From Sphyrna mokarran (lineage: Eukaryota), in the NCBI GenBank assembly GCA_024679065.1, contig JAGIQG010000012.1:54560001-54624000 (forward strand): a stretch of 64,000 nt of DNA, written 5' to 3'. The notes under the pieces are model-generated. The model ran no database searches, was not told the origin of the DNA, and saw only the letters and a program-made list of their open reading frames with translations. The position numbers and the translations under genes are program-made. Positions 1 to 12,600 of this stretch are shown piece after piece. Numbering within the stretch: position 1 is the first letter of the stretch; every line of letters begins with the position of its first letter.

Positions 1-340
1 AGTTGGCTGTTGGGATGCTCAGATCAGATTTCTAAGTACCTTTCGCTTTTGGGTAAAGGTTATGTCCACTAAGTCAAAAGCTAGCATTACCAGAGAGTGG
101 AAGAGTTTTCAGTCAAGCACTTCCAAGACAAAGCACAGCGAGGATTAATTCAGGATCAAATTCCCAATTCACTGCTCCATTAAAATGCCACAAAATCAAC
201 CTGAAAAGAGCAAAAACCATACGAAAAACAAGCAACTTGGATTCAAACTGGTTCACCAAAATGGCAACTTTATTTGTGAGCTATGCCAATGAGTAGAGAG
301 CTCAGTTGCAGGCACTGCTTATTTTTTACTGATATTTTCA

Positions 341-1037
341 GGGGGCGATCTTGCCAAAAAAAATTCAAAGTGCCAAACCAGCATAAAAATGGGAGAGAGT
401 AATGCTGATTTTTTTTTGGGTGAGTTAGAAATGCAAACTTAGTACACTCTGAGGAAAAAATGGAGCAAGACCTATTTCCTGCCAGCAGAGGAGGAGGGTG
501 AGACCTAAGCTCGCCTGAAAGCCAGCAACTTACAGCAGAGGGCACCACTGTGCATGTGCAGGGTGCACAATATCACCCCTCAATCCTAGTTACATAGGGT
601 ACAGTATCCTCCTGTCTGCCTTCTCTTAGGGCTCACTCCCACTCAGTAGATCCTACCCCTTAGCCCGTCACCCGGCACTGACTGGTGCTTGGTGTACACT
701 GCCAATGTGCCAGGCTGGCAATGCCAGAGTGCCTAGATTGCACTACCCAAGGGGCACTGCTCCTTCTCCTACTTCCCAGTTGGAGGGGGCCTCAATGGCT
801 TCTGGTCCTACCGGTGATGTCCCTGGGCTTAACTGTAATATTTAAATTCTATTTACCATTGATTTTAAATATTCTAATCAGTCTCATGTCTTTTCGGGTG
901 CGAGGCTGATCTCACTGGATATTCCATGTTTGTAAGTTCACATGGAGCAAGAAATTGGGCACAAACCTGATTTTTCAGTTCTCTCGCAATTTACCAGCTC
1001 ACTCTGCCAGGCAAGGCGATAAGGTAAGATCACCCCC
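341..1037. mobile_element. Non-autonomous DNA transposon (PIF/Harbinger-type MITE)
   Basis: Terminal inverted repeats GGGGGCGATCTTGCC / GGTAAGATCACCCCC (13/15 match), flanked by a 3-bp TSD TCA at 338-340 and 1038-1040. Confidence 0.7.
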
Positions 1038-1771
1038 TCAGATTTCGATGGTATTTGCAAATCAGGATGGCATTAGGCCAATCTGCCAACTTATCAGTAG
1101 AGAAAATACAGGCATAACTAAAGGTATTATCTTTAGATAATGCCTTACCTGCTGGAGACCTTCGTACTCATGTAGCAAAGCTGACGAAAAGTTATCAACC
1201 AATCAAAAACCAAGATGAGATCAAAGGCAGGATTTTTTAGTCCACCCGAGGACCTTTCAATTGTCCATCAAATTACCCACCTCATTCCCTGTGGCATCAC
1301 TACATGTCGCTAAAGGATCACCAGATTACTTCAAACAAAGGTTTCATTCTTTTAAATAATTCTTTGAAATGTTTTACGCCTTCGTGCCTACTATCACATC
1401 ATAACATGTTCAAAGTCAAATTGCCTTGTGATGTCAAGTACAAATTGTTAAATACCGTGGAATTATAGATGGTTTGTTCAGTTCTAGAGAACTAAAATCA
1501 TGTCACATTTTGCTCACGATGGTAGGGATAGCTGATGAGAATAACTACTCTTGATGACTACTGGAGCACTTCGCATGACAAGTTACCTTCACAAATAATT
1601 TTCTCCTGTCAATGAATATTGCTGTAATTCCCATGTTCAGCTGTAGTTACAAATAAAATATAACCTGCCAATGTTTTACATTTTTTGAGATGATGTCGTA
1701 TTGCTGGATTAAAGCTTAAATTAGACTATGAAGATATTTTAGTACAGCTACAACAGGTACTTAAGTCACCT

Positions 1772-1932
1772 GCGGAATTTTTAGCACACCCTGTTGCATG
1801 TTTCTCAACAGCAGGATGTAGCCCACCATTAGTCAATGGTGGGATCTTCTGGTCTCACTGGTGTCAATGGGATCAACCCATTGAATCTATCACTTGCCTT
1901 GGGAAAACCACGCCAGCGGCAGGACCCGAAAG
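1772..1932. mobile_element. Short palindromic MITE-family fragment
   Basis: Shares ggatcttctggt and ggaaaa motifs with the copies at 4421-4652 and 28120-28314. Confidence 0.45.
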
Positions 1933-1944
1933 TAATTGTGTGAG

Positions 1945-2180
1945 AATGGGAGGAGGGAATGGATAGATAGAAAGTGGCTCAGGCGAGTACAGTCCTATCC
2001 AGCTAGGCAACAAGAGGAGTTGGTGGGGAATGATGAAGTCAACCATGTCAAAGATTGCAGAAAGATTGAGAAGGAAGAGGAGAGATGGTTTGCTTTATTG
2101 CAATCGAACAGGACATCGTTCATGACTTTGCTAAGAAATGTGCAGCAGTGAAGGAAGCTGAACGGGAGGGATTCAAGCAA
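1945..2180 (-). mobile_element. Degenerate L2-clade LINE reverse transcriptase fragment
   Basis: Minus-strand translation gives LSKVMNDVLFDCNK, then after a frameshift SLLFLLNLSAIFDMVD, resembling the L2 RT motif KVTNDIL...LLDLSAAFDTVD. Confidence 0.7.
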
Positions 2181-2529
2181 GTTATTCTGACCCCTTTTAT
2201 TCTGCTCTTTTTCCTCTAAATTTTATCTTTCATATGCTTATCTCAGTTAGTCAATGTTTCTGGTTCTTTGAGTTACTTCAGTGACTTCTACAAACTGAGT
2301 CTTTTTCCTTTGAAAATGGCTGGGATCAAAAGTGGAGAAGGTCAGGTGAAGAGAATTAGGGAAAAACTAAGACATTTCGTCCAAAATTGCTGTATTTTTG
2401 TTTGGATTCCTAAGTGGTAAGATTGATTATTTTGGGAAATTACATACTCTGCACCTTAGAAATGTTTTTGCAGCAATATGATTATATTAGAAGCCTATTG
2501 AATACTGATGCAGATTCATGATGTTCAAC

Positions 2530-3960
2530 AATCATAAAACAGGATAAATAGATAAAGTAATCAGTTGAAGTTGACAAGTCACTAGGGCTGGATGAATTGC
2601 CTCCAGGGATACTAAGGGAACTCGTGGAAATAGTGAAAGCACTGGTCATAATCTTCAAATCCTCCCTAAATATGGAGTTAGTACCATAAAATTTTAATGG
2701 TACACCCTAGTTCATGAAAGGGCGTAAGGATGAACCAAGCAACAACAAGTTAATCATAATTCAGAACCAAATGAACAAATGGACAAAGGTGAATTAATTA
2801 ACAAGACAGCAATGACTTGTTACAGGCAAGTTGTATTTAACCAATTTGATTGAGATTCTTGAAGAGATAACCGAGGGGGTTGATGAGAGTAAAGTGACTG
2901 ATATGGTGTACAATGGACATCAGAAAGACCTTTTGTAAAGTGCCACATAATAGGAGTCCACAGAATAAAAGGAACAGGAGTAACAAGGAAATAAAATTAG
3001 CAGAGTGACAGGAAAGTAGTAAGTAGTGGTAAACAGCTGGTGTTCGGAATGGAGGCATATAATAGGGGGGGAGGGGGTTCGTGTGTTTCCAGATATGTAT
3101 TAAAGACTTAAAGCTGGCTGTGCAGCTCACTATTTCGAAATTTGCAGATGACACAAACTTGGAGGTATGATGACAAATTTCAAGAGGTCAGTAAAATGGA
3201 TGGGCAAATTGCAGGTGACCTTTAACATACAAGGAGTGTGAAATGATTTATTTTTGCAGGAATATTGAGATGAGGAAATATAAAATAAAGGCACAATTCT
3301 GAAGGGAGTGCAGGAACAAAGGCATTTGATGGTATTTGTGTACAAAACATGAAAGGTGGCTGAGAAGGCTGCAAAAGCAGCTAATGAAGTATTTTGGATC
3401 ATGGGTTTTATATAAGGGCCTAGAATACAGAAACAAGGAAGTTATGTGAAATCTGTATGAAACACTTATTCAGCCTTAACTGGAGTATTGTGTCCAGTTT
3501 TGGGACACCACATTTTGGAAAGGATGCAAAGACATCAATGAGGGTGCAGAACAAAATGAGGTCAATGGTTCCAGGGTTGAATGCGCTAAGTTATATGGAT
3601 AAGGTGGAGCAGCTCAGAATGTTTTCTTTGGAGTACATGAAAAGCAGGTTTGATAAAGGTGTTCAAAATGATGAGGGCCCTCAACAGAGTTTAAAGGGAG
3701 AAACTGTTCCTGGTTACTGAAGGATAGAGAATCATAGAATACCAATTTAGGGTGACATGCAAATGAAGAAAGAAAACCTCTTTGTTGCAGTGAGTGGTTA
3801 GGATCTGGGTTAGACTGCCTGAGAGTGTGGTGAATGCTGAGTCAATCATGGCTTTCAAAGAATATTGGATAATTATCTGAAGGAAAAACAATTGCAGGAA
3901 AAGGAGGGGAATAGGATTAGGTGAGTGGTTCTTTGGGAGAGTGCAGTAATCATTCAATGG
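2530..3960 (+). mobile_element. Old, degenerate CR1 LINE 3' fragment (RT C-terminus)
   Basis: Remnants of SKFADDTNL (3134-3160) and LEYCVQFW (3479-3502) with many stops and frameshifts. Confidence 0.88.
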
Positions 3961-4420
3961 TTGTTTTTGCAGAAATATTGTTGCAAGTCTGCCAAGAGTA
4001 AAATTTACCAGTAAATTTTACCAGTCTTGTTTCATTACAAAAAACAAAATAGCATCCAGTATAACTCAGTAATGCAGCACTAACCTAGGAATGGTAACCC
4101 TCAGGATTATGTTCACAGACTGAGTGAAATAACGGCAATCATTTCTTTTTGACACTCCAGGCATTTTTTCCAAAGATTTAAAGGGAAAAACTTTTAAATG
4201 CCTTAATAATCTGACAGCTCCGTTCGACAATTGCTTCTGACTGTTTTTATAGTTAATATTGATAGGTCTGTTATCATTTCCAATTAACTTGACATTAATG
4301 AATTTATGCACTTATGCCCACTTGTAACTATTCCAATGGACACCTGAACTTCATCAAAGATGTCCCAGGACCAAATCAAAAGGGACACCTTATCTCTCTG
4401 AATGTATATCCGGGACACTT

Positions 4421-4652
4421 GAGTCAGGATTTTCTGCACTCCCCCACTTCATCCCCAGTTCCCGCTCCTCCAAGTTGTTTACTGACAACAGAGGCAGCAT
4501 ATCATTCGCTGCCAGCAGGATCTTCTGGTGCTACTGATGTCTACACTGTTTTCCATGACCTGCTCGTTCTGCCACCACAGATCGCCTTTCACGGGACTGG
4601 AAAATTCCACCCCCCCCCAAACCCCAGTGGGAAGGGCCATAAAATCCCATCC
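4421..4652. mobile_element. Palindromic MITE-family copy
   Basis: Ends caggattttct...aaaatcccatcc with internal ggatcttctgg and ggaaaattcc; similar to the copy at 28120-28314. Confidence 0.55.
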
Positions 4653-4898
4653 TTCGTGCTTCACACACCTGGCTCAGCAGGATCCCACTTAAGTGGAAGA
4701 AGATAGTGATTTAAAGTGCCTCTGTTACCCACACATGCCTTAAACATGCCCAACACCCAATTCCCATCCTGCAAAAGTGGGAAGTGCCACTTTTGGAGGG
4801 GGGTGTATAAGGGGAGACTTGGGGATTTGGGGCATTTCTTCAACTGTTTCTGTGATGGAGAGCCTCCCTGCCGTGTTGAAAGTCCAGGCCATAGTTTT

Positions 4899-6441
4899 AG
4901 AACATAGAACATAGAAGGTAGAACATTACAGTGCAGAACAGGCCCTTCGGCCTTCGATGTTGCGCCGACCAATTATGAAAAAAAAGCAATGACCCTCCAA
5001 ACTAAACCATTCCCTTCTCTTCCATAAACTTATCAACTAACTCTTAAACGCCACCAAACTTGGCGCATCTACAACTGCCGCAGGCAGGGCATTCCACTCC
5101 CTAACCACCCTCTGGGTAAAGAACCTACCTCTGATATACGTCCTATAACTATCACCCCTTAATTTAAAGCTGTGTCCCCTCGTGCTAGCTTTCTCCATCC
5201 TAGGAAAAAGGCTATCACTGTCCACCCTATCTAAACCTCTAATCATCTTATGTGTTTCGATAAGGTCTCCTTTTAGCCGCCTTCTTTCTAATGAAAACAA
5301 CCTCAAATCCCTCAGACTGTCCTCATAAGACATGCCCTCCATACCAGGCAACATCCTGGTAAACCTCCTCTGTACCCTCTCCAATGCCTCCACATCTTTC
5401 TTTATAATGTGGGGACCAGAACTGCACACAATACTCCAAGTGCGGCCGCACTAGAGTTTTGTACAGTTGCAACATGACTTTGCGGCTCCGAAATTCAATC
5501 CCCCTACCAATAAAAGCTAAGACTCCGTATGCCTTCTTAACAACCTTATCGACTTGACTGCCTACTTTCAGGGATCTATGCACATATACAACAAGATCCC
5601 TCTGTTCATCAACACTATTAAGAATCCTACCATTAGCCCTATACTCTACACATTTATTATTCCTGCCAAAGTGCATTACCTCACACTTTTCCACATTAAA
5701 GTCCATTTGCCACCTCTCGGCCCAGCTCTGCAACTTGTCCAAGTCTCTCTGCAAACTATAACACCCCTCTTCACTATCTACCACTCCTCTGACTTTGGTG
5801 TCATCCGCAAATTTACAATCCATCCTTCAATACCCTCATCCAGATCATTTATAAAAATTACAAACAGCAGGGGCCCCAAAACAGATCCCTGAGGTACACC
5901 ACTAGTAACCGAACTACACGATGAATATCTCCCATCAACCACCACCCTCTGTCTTCTATCTGCTAGCCAATTCCTAATCCAATTAGCTAATCACCCTCAA
6001 TCCCATACATCTGCATTTTCTGCAGAAGCCTTCCATGGGCCACCTTATCGAACGCCTTACTAAAGTCCATATATACCACATCAACTGCCTTACCCACATC
6101 CACCTCTTTGGTCACTTTTTCAAAAAACTCAATAAGGTTAGTAAGGCACGACCTACCCTTCACAAAACCATGCTGACTATCCCCAATCAATTCATTTCTC
6201 TCTAAAAAACTATAAATCCTATCCCTAATAATTCTCTCCAATACTTTGCCCACAACAGAAGTAAGACTCACTGGCCTATAATTCCCTGGAAAGTCTCTAT
6301 TCCCCTTCTTGAACAATGGGACCACATTCGCTATCCTCCAGTCTTCTGGAACTATACCCGTAACCAACGATGACCTGAAGATCAGAGCCAGAGGCTCTGC
6401 AATCGCCTCTCTTGCCTCCCAGAGAATCCTAGGGTAAATCC
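4899..6441 (-). mobile_element. 5'-truncated, relatively young CR1/HER1-type LINE
   Basis: ORFs 5987-6367, 5323-5823 and 5037-5429 give RT motifs [29 protein letters not shown] and LEYCVQFWSP. 3' tail ggccgaagggcctgtt followed by (TTCTATG)-like repeats. Possible TSD GTTTT at 4894-4898 and 6442-6446. Confidence 0.95.
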
Positions 6442-7340
6442 GTTTTCTTCAGCTCAATCAGAGCCACGAGTCATGAGACAGCAGATGTGTTGTACAAATG
6501 AACATTGCCAAAATAAATCTTGATTACATCAGAAGTGTGTTAACTAGTCGTGCTCATTTAGCTGAATAATTTGATAAGAGTGAAAGCTAACCCACTTGAA
6601 AGTTTTCATAATCCACAAACCAGAATGAAGATTTTGATCAGAGAGATACCTGAAATCTCCACGCCAGGAATGATCTTCGTGATTCCCAAGGTTGGAAGAA
6701 GCAGTTTAGCCACTAGACCCCCATCCCAGGAAGAGTATCTAGGTCAACCACTTGCACCCAGTCAAACCCCAGGACCCTTGGAGAACCCTGTCACTGCAGC
6801 CTGGCAGTGTTAGAGAGGCACGTAGGAACTGCATCTACCTGCTTGATGCTGCCACCCCACAACCCCACATCACCGCCCCCCCCTCCCAATCCACCACCAC
6901 TCGTCAGTCCCCCAACCCTGGGGTCCACTGTGCCAATTCCACGATACTCATGAGCAGCACCAAAGCCCACCCAGTGCAGATCCCACTGGCAAGGCGAGTG
7001 ACTGGTGGGAGAGCTTTGAATCCAGCTTCAGCCTGCTAATTACATTCAAACTGGCAGTCTTGCATAATTAGGTTCTCACTGGGTGACAACCTGATAGGGG
7101 CTCATGGGGAGAATAGTGACACATTTGATGCCTGTCGGGAATACCACTTTAGCCCTCATGTCCCTTTCAACGGGCACTGGGATTCATGCCAGCAGCAAAA
7201 AGGACTGGTGACCTCCGACCTCCTGTCATAACATCTTTTTTGTGGCTTCGCAATTGTGAAAAATTCAGAACCAAATACAAAAGTAAAATGTATTTCATGA
7301 CATGCTTGACAGCTGCTTTAGTGTGGTTTTCTTTTTGTAC

Positions 7341-7502
7341 CTGGAATATGCTTTGCCCATCCAATGATGACCACTAGCTCCCGATCAGCCAAGTCGCACA
7401 GTGTAGTGAGGGCTTTAATGTCACTCTCCGGAATGGTGGGATCAGGCATGGCGTAGATCTTCTCTGGCTCAGCCACAAGCAAGTGTGAGACAATCTTGTT
7501 GA
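7341..7502 (-). CDS. ESRRG: ESRRG coding exon: start of ligand-binding domain (F)[53 protein letters not shown](G)
   Basis: Lies within ORF 7318-7524. Polypyrimidine tract, CTGAC branch-like motif and acceptor TTCCAG|TC; donor CCAG|GTAC; 162 nt. Confidence 0.96.
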
Positions 7503-8404
7503 CTGGAATAGAAGGCCCGGGCAAAAGAAAGAAGAAATGCTTGCGTCAGTTTAGACAGCCTCATCACTCAGGGAATTGAGTAGCTGCAAGCGGTATCTCT
7601 TGGTAAATCTTATTTAATGTTGCCTTAATTAGAATCAATACAACCCAATTTTCATCAGAAAGGCTTTGTTATGCACAAATAATCAATCAGGATCCAGAAA
7701 ATCTCTGAGCCTACACCCAAGGTACAAGACATGCTGCACTTCTTGACACAAGTTGAAAATTGACCATATATTTTATAAATGTGTGTTTTGTTTTTAAGAA
7801 AAAGCTGTTAATTAAATAACTACCGAAAATTAACACAACAGCTCTTCAATAACAAGTAATGATCGGTGAATGTTAAGGCTATCCAAAATAAGCACACAAA
7901 ACAGTTGCAATCTTATTCACGTTCAGATGTCTTGCAGAGTGGAAAGAATTGTGTTAAAAAATTAGAATTTAGTAAAGCCCAATCCTTTTAAGCTAAGTTT
8001 TTTTTTTAAATAAGTTTTAAAAACATTACCTAGCAATTTTAACATGGAGGGGGAGGGGTGATTTTATGCATGATTCATGTCAGGTTAAATCTAATCATGG
8101 ATAGCTCCGAAGGTCTGTGTGGGTCTTTGTACTTTACAACAAGTCGAGGTGTTTAGTCAACTGGTATGATAGACAGTCATCATAATTAGTGAAAGATAGG
8201 AAAATGACTCCAGATTTTAAAAATAACACAATGGCATAGAAAATTGACTGCAATATTCTTTTATTGTCAGAAAATGTTTTAGAATCTATATGTTTTGAAA
8301 AGGAAACTTGTTCTGACTTTTTTCTATGTATAAAATCCAGGGTAAGCTTAAAGTGTTGTCCCATCCAGTGAAGTAAAAAGTAAATTTATTACTCAGTCTT
8401 TCAT

Positions 8405-8620
8405 GTGTGTTCTGCCCAAAGGCAGGTCCTCAGCTCATTGTCCATTGATGCTTTACCTTGAGCTGCTTTCCCTGGCAATTTTTTGTCAGTGGTACCATTG
8501 CCTTCCACTCTCAAGTGTGGGGTGCAAAGCTTACCTCAGGCAGAGCGGGAATTAAACCTATGCTATGCTGTTAGTATTATTCAAAACCACATGCCAGCCA
8601 TCTAGCCAATTGAGCTAACC
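8405..8620 (-). mobile_element. Old tRNA-derived SINE fragment
   Basis: Minus strand begins ggttagctcaattgg (A-box-like), followed by ggtttaattccc (B-box-like). Confidence 0.55.
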
Positions 8621-10039
8621 CAGCTTAAATGCACTTCACTTTTATTAACTTTGTGTTGTTTCCCCTGGAGTCCACTAAATTACATTCTTGTATATTTCCA
8701 CCAGGAAATCTGACAGATAGCTACACACCCTTAACAACTACACAGATCTACTTTGAATGTTTAAGGTGGATTAAATAAGCCCTTGTTTTAAGTCAAAGGG
8801 AAAAAAGCTAAAGAGTTTATCAGATTTCATCATGCCAACTATTTAAGGACTTATATACTCAACATGTTCTGCCATTTGGATATCAGTCTTAAAAATTTGG
8901 TTCTGACAGACAAGGCTTCATTGCAAAATATTAATATAATGCGATTCACAGAAATGTAAATGCAACTAGAATGTTTCATCAATGTGAATATTACACATAG
9001 TGCCCACTTGTGTAAAAGTGAGAGCTCTAGTCCGATTAGCATCTGAGATTCCATAAATTGCTTTCAGCTATACTTAATTATTTATTATTTAATAGAAGAA
9101 ATGTGCTGGAAAATACAAACAGCTGACTTGTCCATGCCCAATTGTGCTGAAAAGACACACAAAGCCATGCATTAAATTCCTCGTAGTCTAAAGAGGAATT
9201 ATTAATATGGGTCCATACAGTATGTGTGTTTTGATGTGCTTGCCAATAAAAAGAAATGTAGTCAACTCAAAATAAATCATCTAATTATTGAATGAGTGTT
9301 GCAACACAAGGTTGATGATATTTTGTGCCATATCTATTCTTTACAGTCTTCCTTAACAGTCAAATAAAAGAGAAAGGAGAGAAAGTAACCAAAATTTAAG
9401 ATACACTCTTTTGATGGCAAAGTCTCATCATAAAAGCTTAAAGATTTAAAAAGACAATATCCAGCTTATGCAGGATTTGTAATCTTCATTCTAGTGTTTT
9501 GAGTTTAACACTATGGTTAGCTTACAGGCTCAGAAAAAACATACCACAGATGTGTTTAATACTGTCAATGTTCCACATTGTTTCATAATCCTCATTTTAA
9601 ATCACAGTCATGGGACACAACTGTAAACAAAATTACAATTTTAAAGGGATTTAGAACTTTTGTAAAACACAAAATTAAAAAAGAATTGCTGGCATTGACA
9701 CTGCTATAAGAAGCACTGTCACTTTATCTGAACTATACAGAGGAAAAAAAATGGACTCGTCAAAATATTTCTATGTGGCTGTATATATTTTTTCACAAAA
9801 TAACACCAGGCTATTCTTGATGAAGAATAAATTCTGGTGATTTCTAAAATGGAGACTGGATTAGCTCTGCCTATTATCACTCCCATCTGTCTGCGAACTC
9901 TTTAACTATGTGCAGGGTGACTATACTGAAATAGATAAGACATGCTAGTGTTTCATGGGATTGTAAATTAATGTGCTGAAGCTTTATATGTTAATGGACA
10001 TCCTGTACAATATAATATAAATTAATTTGTTGTCCTCAC

Positions 10040-10150
10040 ATGGCTTTTTGGCTGGTTGAACCAGCTGAGGGTTCAAGTAAGGGCTGTTCTCTGCATCTAT
10101 CCTGCGCTTATACTTCTGCCGTCCTCCACGTACTCTATCCAAGCGCACGC
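10040..10150 (-). CDS. ESRRG: ESRRG coding exon: C-terminal extension and hinge (G)[36 protein letters not shown]
   Basis: Lies within ORF 9984-10196. Acceptor TTTTCCAG|GC, donor CCAT|GTGAG; 111 nt. The hinge sequence is ERR-gamma-like rather than alpha or beta. Confidence 0.96.
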
Positions 10151-12518
10151 CTGGAAAAGAAGAAAAATTGCATTTAAAAATACAACGAAAATACAAATGC
10201 TCATTGTTAAATCAATGGCTCTTGTGATGGATGGCTTGAATTAATATCAAATTATTTTTTTTAAAAGGGACTGCTCGATTGGCATATAGTTTAAAATGTA
10301 AAAATGATTTCATAGGACTATAACTTGACAAGAATCAATAGCTGCTTGTACATTTGTACCTCCTATAATACAGGTTAAAACTGTTGTTGAACCACGATAG
10401 CAGTAAAAAACATCACATTCAATGCATTGCTGGCATATATGCAACAAATCCAACAAAACATTTTAACGACAAAATACTATGTATGATATTACGTTTCCAT
10501 ATGACTCCCTCTGGTAGAAAATACTTCAATTAGTAACCAAAATCTCAGGTAGCTTGTCTGTTTTATGAAGGGATGCACACTAATATAGATTACTGTGATA
10601 GCAGGAAGACTTTTGAACGGATATTCTCAGCAAAAATACGGGAGGCACATTGATGAAAAGGAATTTCTATTGGGAATATTTTGAAGCCAAATCATAATGT
10701 TCAGATGCTTCAAAATAAAGATATTTTAAAAATGCAAATTAAGATATTTCTATCATTTCATGATGTTGATAACATTTTTCATTTTAAATTATATTTAAAC
10801 AGATGTTCAGTGTAAACAAGCCCTTGCCAATTTTCAATTACTTTGCCAATAATGTCCGAACTTTTCTATCAATAAAGAGGAGGATGTGCGTGAATATTTA
10901 GGGGGCGGTAAAGAGAATTATAATTTTAAGTAGCATTCCACAACTGCTATACAAAACATGAAATTGCAGTTTATACTAAATCCAAGTGGGATCACTGCCT
11001 TAAGGACAATCTATCCTTTTAATTTATTGACATCAAAAGAAGCCTAATTTAATTATATCAAATTTCTCCCGGGAATATGTGTCACCACGGAAACCAGCTA
11101 ACAGGAAGTGTCAATGATTTTTTTGTTGCTCTGAATATAATAGTAACTTTGAAAAATGTTGCATGGTGCAAAACTGTCTAAATTTTGCCAATCACTCACA
11201 TCACCAGCATGAAATGGGCTGCCTCCAGGAGCCCACAACAGGTCAGAGGTTTTAATTGAACAACATCTCTTTCTGTCGTTCCGACAAAAGGCAAGCAGGA
11301 AAAATGACTCTGGCAAGATAGCTCAGAGTCTAGCAATGTCCAATTTCTCATTAGGTCTAAGCAGCTATCTAGCTGCTAATGCTGACAAGCCTTGAACCTT
11401 TTATTTTTGCTCAGAAATTACTTTGGCAGGAACAGGAATACAGCTTCATCACAGACGCCTGACTGCTGTTGCATTAACCTGAATGAGACCTCATAGACTG
11501 GCGTTTCGGTGTGGTGGAAATGTGCCCGAATGCAACATGTATAAGTCTTTTGTTATCCTGGCAGACGCTCGGAGCAAGAGGAAGGCACCACAAAGCTGTG
11601 CACATTAATAACCTGATTATTTGTGTCTCTGCACACTTGTATCAATTGTGAGCGGCATGGGGAGAAAGCAAACCATTTACTAAGCTGAAAACAAAAGGCA
11701 ATTACTAAGCAAGTAGGTTAATGCATATGATATTGTATGTGCCAAGACTGTCACACTCAAGCTTCAAGGCAAGTATACACTGAAGTGAGGAAACACCAAA
11801 ATGGCTTATCCTGATTTATTTGGATCTCATTTCCTCAGTGGTCCATAACAGAGATCTACGGTACTGATTGGCTGTGTCTTTAGACAGGAGAAGTAGGTTT
11901 ATGCCTAAGAATTTGAAGTTAAAGAGAACATATGGAAAAACTGACATCAGCTGCCACTTTCCATAACATGGATCTTTTCCATGGATCTTCCACTTACATC
12001 TTTAGCTCCACTTACGTCTTACTTTTATTTGCTGGGTTCTTACTTTGACTTTATTTTGACTCTTTCAATGTGACGATGAAATTGAGGTATGCCTATACTG
12101 ATGCAAATTGCATTGTTCAGTATCCGAGCTCAAAGATACTGAAATAATAGTTCAATGAAATTGAGTTACGCAAGTCTCAAATCTGATTTGGATTCTACCA
12201 TCTTATTGCAAAAGACTATATTGCCATTCTGCCCAACACTCAACCTGTAATTAATCAAGGCCTTAACACTGAGCGTCTTACAGCATTACACGGGTCCAGA
12301 AATTGTGCCTAAAAATAATGCCATATGCTGCCATCAGAGGAGGCTAAGTCCACCAGCACATCCTCTACCCCTCACGAATGCCATCGTGTGAAGGAGCTAG
12401 CAACGTGGAAGGTTTCATACCTTACCAACTTTTGTTCTTATTCTATCTTACCCTATATGATAGTCTAGTCAACTTGCACTGAGTGGTCTGCTCAATTCAC
12501 ATCTCTCGCATTTGCAAT

Positions 12519-12600
12519 GGAGATCAGTCATGATCTTATTGATAGCAGAGCAGGCTCGAGGAACCAGATGGCCTAGTCCTGCTCCTAATTCTTATGTTTT
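12519..12600 (+). mobile_element. CR1 3'-tail fragment
   Basis: gatcagtcatgatcttattga...gagcaggctcgag...atggcctagtcctgctcctaattcttatgtt is a typical CR1 terminus. Confidence 0.7.

Noticed and set aside
1149-1180. Possible 32-nt cassette exon on the minus strand (cag|...cag|gtaagg)
   Set aside because: Short pyrimidine tract and frame-shifting length; such pairs arise by chance in long introns.
11478-11530. Hammerhead-like ctgaatga...gaaa
   Set aside because: Spacing does not fit CUGANGA and the required stems are not evident.
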